DNA of 32,088 nt from Thermoproteota archaeon. GTDB taxonomy: Archaea > Korarchaeota > Korarchaeia > Korarchaeales > Korarchaeaceae. The notes under the pieces were generated by a model, which saw only the letters and a list, made by a program, of their open reading frames with translations, had not been told where the DNA came from and did no database searches. Below, in pieces: positions 27,023 to 32,088 of this stretch (positions within the stretch are counted from its first letter, which is position 1; the number at the start of each line of letters is the position of its first letter). The DNA is taken from the NCBI GenBank assembly GCA_027491735.1, contig JAOZGP010000029.1:1-32088 (forward strand), read 5' to 3'. The position numbers and the translations under genes were made by a program.

Positions 27023-29356
27023 ATGCTAGGGTTCATAGAGGAGGTGAGGTTGGAGAACTTCAAGTCCTTCAGGAGGGCGAGGATCGTCTTCCCAAGCAGA
27101 CTCGTGGCAATAACTGGTCCCAACGGGGGCGGCAAATCCAATGTAATGGATGCCATAGCTTTCGTCTTGGGGGAAAGAGCTAGATCTCTGAGGGCCAAGA
27201 GGCTCAGTGGACTTGTCAGAAAGGGTGCTGAGAGGGCGAAGGTCGTGTTGGTCATCAAACATGGAAAAAGGAGAATCCATGTAAGTAGAGAGATAAGGAG
27301 GAACGGAGATAGTGTGTACAGAGTTGATGGATCGATTAAGAGAGCCTCTGAGGTCGAATTATTGCTCTCAAGGGTGGGACTGCGTTTGGGATCCTACTGC
27401 GTAGTGTCCCAAGGAGAGATAACGAGAATAGCTGAGATGTCTCCTCGTGAGAGGTTGCAGCTTTTGGAGGAGATAAGCGGGATTCTTGAATATGAGAACA
27501 AGAAGCAGGAAGCCTTGAGAGAGCTGGAGGAGATAGACAAAGTGATATCAGAGCATAAGGCGGTTCTCGAGTACAGAGAGAGAGCCCTCAGGGAAGCTGA
27601 GGAAGAGGTGAAGCGTCTCAGGAAGAGGAAGGAGCTGGAGAGGAAGAGAGACTCCCTGAGGAAACAGCTCCTACTTTTGAGGAGGGATCGGCTGATGAAG
27701 GACCTCAAGGCATTGGAGGAGGTTAAACTGGAGGTTGAGGATTTAACTCCGCTTGAAAAAGAATTAAATCAGGCAGAAATGGAGTTAGAGTTTTTAGAAA
27801 ATTCTGACGATCTGTCAGAGCTTAGAGAATATCAAAAGAGGAGAAGTAAGCTGGAATCCCTTAAATCGAAACTCAAAGTGATCGAGGCAAGAATCTCGGA
27901 GAAGAGAAAATCACTGGAGGCCCTGACAAGTTATCACCAGAGGAAACTTCCTTCGGAGGTAATCAACGACTCTGGCTTTCTGGGAGTTGTCGGTGATCTG
28001 GTCAAACCAGTCGAGGGATATGAGGTCGCTTACCGTGCTGCTGGAGGAGGAAGACTACAGGACGTCGTTGTCAGGACATATGAGGATGCACTCAGAATAA
28101 TCTCCAAGCTTAAAGGCAGAAAGATCTCGATGAGAATAATTCCTCTGGATACGATCAGATCTAAGAAGTGCAAAGAATCTTCTCCCAATGTTAGTATGGG
28201 CTTTCTCACTTCCTTCCTCCTCTACGACGAGAGCTGCTCGAAACTGATTGATCTGGTGTTCGGTGACTATGTGCTGGTCAGGGACATAGGCGAGGTTCCT
28301 AGGGATCTCCTCGGAAGGTATAAGTTTGTCTCCCTCGACGGTGAGATCCTCCTCAAGGATGGGACCATACGCATAGAAAGGAGGGACTGGGACGTTCTGG
28401 CATCCTCACTGATGAGAGAGAGGGGGAAGATAAACAGTCTGATCAGAGAGAGGGAGGAGATTTTCTCCAAGATCGAGGAGTTGGAATCTGCTATGAGAAG
28501 GCTCCCAGACCCAAAGGAGATCGCGACGAAACTGAGGGAAGCTAGGAATAGGGTCCATATGCTCAGGGAAAGGTATAGAAAGGCCCTGGAGGAGAGACGG
28601 AGGAAAATGGCGGGATTATCGAGGTTGTCGGAGAGAAAGGGGGAGATAAAGGCAGAGCTGAAGAGTCTAGATGAGGAACTTAGGAAGCTTGAGGGCGTGG
28701 AACCTGCCTCATCCAGTGATCCAAAAAGAGATCTTGAGGTCCTAGAGGCTAGACTGAGGATCCTTGGGGAAGTGGATCCGAATGCTGAGATCAAGTACTC
28801 GGAGATAAAAAGGAAGTACGAGGAACTCAGAAGCCTCCTCAACAAGGCACTAGAGAAGAGGGAAGGAGCCTTGAAGGCCATAAGCATGTGGGAAGAGAAG
28901 AAGAACAGGGAGTTCTCTGAGAAGTACAGGTCATTGAGAGAAGCCTTCAACAGGAAGCTCAAAGATCTTTTAGGATGGGAGGGAGACCTAAAGCTGGTTG
29001 AGATGGGTGAAAAGCTCTGTTTGATCGTGGAGGTCTCAGCACCAGGAAAGAAGCCCGTAGATATAGATGCATTCTCAGGAGGGGAGAAAAGCTTGATAGC
29101 CCTAGCATTTATCCTAGCAGCTCAGGAGGTCCGTCCGTCAGCAATATACCTCTTCGATGAAGCGGACTCAATGCTCGATGGAGTTAACTGCTCTAAGTAC
29201 GCCAACATGGTCAAGAAGCTTGCCGAGAAAGCCCAGGTGGTGATAGTCACTCTGAAGAAGGAAACCCTGAGCGAGGCTGATTACATCATAGGCATTACGA
29301 TGTCCGACGGATCGAGCAAACCAATCGCTGTGAGGTTGGAGGATGTCCGCTCCTGA
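27023..29356 (+). CDS. smc: Chromosome segregation SMC ATPase with short coiled-coil arms
   Basis: ENFKSF, Walker A GPNGGGKSN, Q-loop SQGEI, hinge (GFLGVVGDLV...GGRLQDVVV...IPLD...VFGD...VSLDG), LGEVD, FSGGEKS, Walker B YLFDEAD. Confidence 0.9.
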   Translation: MLGFIEEVRLENFKSFRRARIVFPSRLVAITGPNGGGKSNVMDAIAFVLGERARSLRAKRLSGLVRKGAERAKVVLVIKHGKRRIHVSREIRRNGDSVYRVDGSIKRASEVELLLSRVGLRLGSYCVVSQGEITRIAEMSPRERLQLLEEISGILEYENKKQEALRELEEIDKVISEHKAVLEYRERALREAEEEVKRLRKRKELERKRDSLRKQLLLLRRDRLMKDLKALEEVKLEVEDLTPLEKELNQAEMELEFLENSDDLSELREYQKRRSKLESLKSKLKVIEARISEKRKSLEALTSYHQRKLPSEVINDSGFLGVVGDLVKPVEGYEVAYRAAGGGRLQDVVVRTYEDALRIISKLKGRKISMRIIPLDTIRSKKCKESSPNVSMGFLTSFLLYDESCSKLIDLVFGDYVLVRDIGEVPRDLLGRYKFVSLDGEILLKDGTIRIERRDWDVLASSLMRERGKINSLIREREEIFSKIEELESAMRRLPDPKEIATKLREARNRVHMLRERYRKALEERRRKMAGLSRLSERKGEIKAELKSLDEELRKLEGVEPASSSDPKRDLEVLEARLRILGEVDPNAEIKYSEIKRKYEELRSLLNKALEKREGALKAISMWEEKKNREFSEKYRSLREAFNRKLKDLLGWEGDLKLVEMGEKLCLIVEVSAPGKKPVDIDAFSGGEKSLIALAFILAAQEVRPSAIYLFDEADSMLDGVNCSKYANMVKKLAEKAQVVIVTLKKETLSEADYIIGITMSDGSSKPIAVRLEDVRS

Positions 29357-29888
29357 GCACCTCGAGGAGAAGTTTCAGATCCTGCTTGTTGTGTTGGAGA
29401 GGGAGAAGGACCTGGCGATAGCTGGACTCCTCATATATGAGTTGGTGCGAACCCTGAAGTTCTACGTGAAGCTTCTCTTCAACGAAAGAGGGAAGGCCAG
29501 TAAGGAGAGGAAGAGGATCAGGGTTGGAAAGGTAAGAGCTCTCTTAATCCCCAAGAGAGTATTTCGAAGACCTGTAACTGTTACAGAGATAAAAAAGGCT
29601 CTGTTGTGGGCCACACGTAGGATAGAGAAGATGTCAAGCAGCAAGCTCCAGGTGATGGTCGAGAACTTCTCCGCGCTCATGGATGCAGTCTATCGGCGCA
29701 TTCTCTCAAAGTTCAGTGGAGAAAAACTTGCGTTTCGAGAACTGGTGAGCAGCAAGGATGAGGCCATAGATGTCTTTCTATCTATACTCTTTTTGGAGAA
29801 GGATGGGAAGGTCGAAGTGATGCAGGAGAGTCCGTTTGGTGAGATATACATACTCCCAAAGGTGAGCGTGGTTGAGCAGATGGGATGA
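29343..29888 (+). CDS. scpA: Kleisin ScpA, short and divergent
   Basis: RRPVTVTEIKKAL and C-terminal winged helix FLSILFLE..GKVEVMQESPFGEIYI; lies between smc and scpB. Confidence 0.8.
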   Translation: MSAPEHLEEKFQILLVVLEREKDLAIAGLLIYELVRTLKFYVKLLFNERGKASKERKRIRVGKVRALLIPKRVFRRPVTVTEIKKALLWATRRIEKMSSSKLQVMVENFSALMDAVYRRILSKFSGEKLAFRELVSSKDEAIDVFLSILFLEKDGKVEVMQESPFGEIYILPKVSVVEQMG

Positions 29889-30348
29889 GAAGAAGAGGCT
29901 CCTGGAGGCAGCTCTCTTTGCGGCGTCTCGTCCGCTCTCCACGGATGATCTGTCCAAATTCCTTGGACTCTCGGGGGTCTCGATAGAGAGAATGGTTGAA
30001 GAGATAAATGAGGAGCTCGAGAATCACCCCTTTCAGGTGGTGAAGCGTGGTGATGGTTGGGAGATGCGCCTCAAGGATGACTATACCGAAGCAGCTCTGA
30101 AGTTCGCTCCAGTACCGGAACTGAGCAAGTCTGAGCTGAGAACTCTGGCTGTAATAGCTCTTAAGAGGAAGATATCAGCAACGGAGCTTTACGCAATCAG
30201 GGGAAACGTTCGGGATCAGGTGAGGAAGATGATCAGGATGGGGCTCGTAAGAGAGAGGAGGGAAGGAAGGAGGGTCTACTTCACGGTGACGGGAAGGTTC
30301 AGCAGGTACTTCGACTTAGCTCTAGAGGATGGAGAGGGCGGTCCATAG
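29872..30348 (+). CDS. scpB: SMC kite subunit ScpB
   Basis: LEAALFAASRPLS, WEMRLK, LSKSELRTLAVIA, IRG, GR..YF.VT..F..YF.L. Confidence 0.9.
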   Translation: MSRWDEKKRLLEAALFAASRPLSTDDLSKFLGLSGVSIERMVEEINEELENHPFQVVKRGDGWEMRLKDDYTEAALKFAPVPELSKSELRTLAVIALKRKISATELYAIRGNVRDQVRKMIRMGLVRERREGRRVYFTVTGRFSRYFDLALEDGEGGP

Positions 30349-31314
30349 CTCCTCTCTTACGGGCTCGTTGAGATCTACTTCCTCCCCTTTCAAGGTCTTG
30401 AAGATCCTTTTCTTACCCTTGACGAATTTTCCAATGACCCTCGCATCAATTCCCTCCTTCTTCAATCTCTCGACGAGATCCTTAGCTCTCTCCGGATCTG
30501 CTGATATGAGCAGGGATCCAGAGCTTATGAGCCTGTATGGATCTATGCCAAGCGTCCTGCATATGGCTCTGGTCTCCCTCCTGACCAGGACGTCTCTCTC
30601 CCTGACGATCACCCCCAGGTTGGAGGCCATGGCCAGCTCCTGGATCCCGCCAAGAAGCCCTCCTTCAGTTGGATCATGCATAGCATGGACACCTCCCACC
30701 TCCATGGCGATCATGGCATCTTTGACAACGCTTATCATTCTTATGAAGTTCCTGGCTCTGTTCAACAGGTCCTTACTTAGTTTGCTGGCGAGTTTTTCAT
30801 AGAACTCTTCAGCCAGGATGGCTGTTCCCTCTATTCCAGCACCCTTAGTGAGTATGAGGCTGTCTCCCTCCCTGACTCCCGATGAGGTCACGTAGGATCC
30901 CGGATCTCCCTCGCCTATGGCGGTCACCATGACTATGGGTCTGCTGAGCCCCGGCGTTATCTCTGTATGCCCTCCAACTATCTTAACACCTAGCTCGGCA
31001 GCCGCTGACCTGAGCTGCTCGGAGATCTCATCGAGAAGTTCCTTTCTCGGAAGCAACATAACGACAAGCATCCACTTTGGTCTGAGGCCTGTGGTAGCTA
31101 CATCGTTGGAGGCCACGTTCACGGCAAGCCAGCCTATCCTTCTCTCGGCTCCTGTTATCGGGTCACAGTGCACAGCTATAATCCTATTGCCCACTCTGAT
31201 GATAGCGGCGTCTTCCCCCACCCTTGGACCCACAACCACTTGTGGATCTCCAGACGTGAGCTTGTGAAGGAGGCCCTCCAGCTCCCTGTACGAAAGTTTA
31301 CCGTACACGTGCAT
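30322..31314 (-). CDS. AIR synthase/HypE/ThiL-superfamily protein
   Basis: GKL, GEDAA, DPIT, NDVA, IVGGHTE, GIEGT, MHDPTEGG, LISSG. Confidence 0.85.
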   Translation of the reverse strand: MHVYGKLSYRELEGLLHKLTSGDPQVVVGPRVGEDAAIIRVGNRIIAVHCDPITGAERRIGWLAVNVASNDVATTGLRPKWMLVVMLLPRKELLDEISEQLRSAAAELGVKIVGGHTEITPGLSRPIVMVTAIGEGDPGSYVTSSGVREGDSLILTKGAGIEGTAILAEEFYEKLASKLSKDLLNRARNFIRMISVVKDAMIAMEVGGVHAMHDPTEGGLLGGIQELAMASNLGVIVRERDVLVRRETRAICRTLGIDPYRLISSGSLLISADPERAKDLVERLKKEGIDARVIGKFVKGKKRIFKTLKGEEVDLNEPVREELWTALSIL

Positions 31315-31331
31315 CCTTGATCAACTGCTCG

Positions 31332-31829
31332 TCATTCAATCAGCTTCCTTATAATCCTCCCGACTATGTTGGCAAACACTATGCCAGAGATCGCCTGAAA
31401 CGTGTTGCCTGGGAGCTCGGCTATCGCTCCTCCGAAACCGTAAAGGACTACCTCCACGATGAAGTATCCGGCGACCATGAGGATCCCAGCTATCACGGTT
31501 GCAGTGAAGAGGAGAACGCCTCCTCTCTTATAACTCAGTCCGACGACAGCACCCTCAGTTCCTTTTATGATAAACGTGAACGGGGCCCAGTGAGCATAGC
31601 CGGAGAGCACATCAGCAGCAGCTGAACCTATACCTCCCGCCAGAAAGCCCACAACAGGACCGAAAAGCATTCCGGACATCATGACCATCGTGTCCCCAAG
31701 GTTTACGTACCCTCTCGTCTGAGGAGTTGGGATCTGAATTATCATAGTGGCAAGAGCCGTAAGAGCTGCCATTAGCCCTGACAAAGCCACAAATTTGGCT
31801 TTGTTTTTCATACCTATCTCCCGTACCAT
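31332..31829 (-). CDS. ECF transporter S component (HmpT/PdxU2-like; substrate unknown)
   Basis: MAALTALATM-IQIP-GYVNLGD, GGIGSAAAD-GY-WAPFTFIIKG-EG, N-FQ. Confidence 0.88.
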   Translation of the reverse strand: MVREIGMKNKAKFVALSGLMAALTALATMIIQIPTPQTRGYVNLGDTMVMMSGMLFGPVVGFLAGGIGSAAADVLSGYAHWAPFTFIIKGTEGAVVGLSYKRGGVLLFTATVIAGILMVAGYFIVEVVLYGFGGAIAELPGNTFQAISGIVFANIVGRIIRKLIE

Positions 31830-32088
31830 CGAGCTGAAAATAAAAATTTAATCTTTACTGGTTTTATATGCGGAGTAATGAGTAGAGTTTGTTAAAAAAA
31901 TATCAGAAAAAAGGAAGCGTCCTCAGCCCACGAAAATCTAGAGTAATCTGAAAGCAGACCAAGGGGCTATCTCATGAATCATCAAGGGCCTGAGCGGCCT
32001 TCGATCAGCGTGGTGATGAAGCTCGACTGTCGACCGGTTCAGGCGTGTGGGTCCTGGGTAGGGGGCTTGATGGGAGATCCGAGAGCTC

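Noticed and set aside
27023-30348. Interpreting the SMC cluster as Wadjet/MksBEF defence or Rad50
   Set aside because: No JetD/MksG or Mre11 gene and no CxxC zinc hook; it has a canonical-type hinge, true ScpA/ScpB and housekeeping neighbours.
1-32088. tRNA, rRNA or SRP genes
   Set aside because: No cloverleaf with a T-loop, rRNA signature or SRP helix-8 motif found by eye in the intergenic regions.

Overview
Archaeal, probably thermophilic, chromosome segment. This is inferred from TATA/BRE promoters, GGTGA/GGAGG Shine-Dalgarno sites, AGG/AGA-rich codons and a GHMP-type shikimate kinase; the gene set suggests a TACK lineage. Left to right: the 3' end of a CbpB-like SPASM radical SAM gene; a DUF973-like membrane protein; a 10-gene chorismate/tyrosine operon (split transketolase, aroF-B-D-E-K-A-C, chorismate mutase-prephenate dehydrogenase); about 500 bp of mobile debris (hicBA pseudogenes, an IS200/605-like hairpin, an IS607 tnpA remnant); pfkB-valS; ThiR-like/HAD/HD genes; a DrrAB-type ABC exporter next to an RHH regulator with a perfect 24-bp palindrome; manC; an alternative heme cluster (ahbAB, ahbC, sirC, ahbD-like, ctaB); a hairpin-rich 500-bp intergenic region; thiI-smc-scpA-scpB; an AIR-synthase-like gene and an ECF S component. 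Three observations stand out. (1) A 777-aa SMC with both arms about half the usual length and a degenerate hinge motif, in an intact smc-scpA-scpB cluster. (2) The first aro gene is a wHTH-transketolase fusion with no in-frame start codon; the SD-led ATG instead opens a 14-codon ORF with Phe and Tyr codons in duplicated contexts, one -1 shift from the fusion frame. (3) A probable CTG start for the AhbD-like gene.
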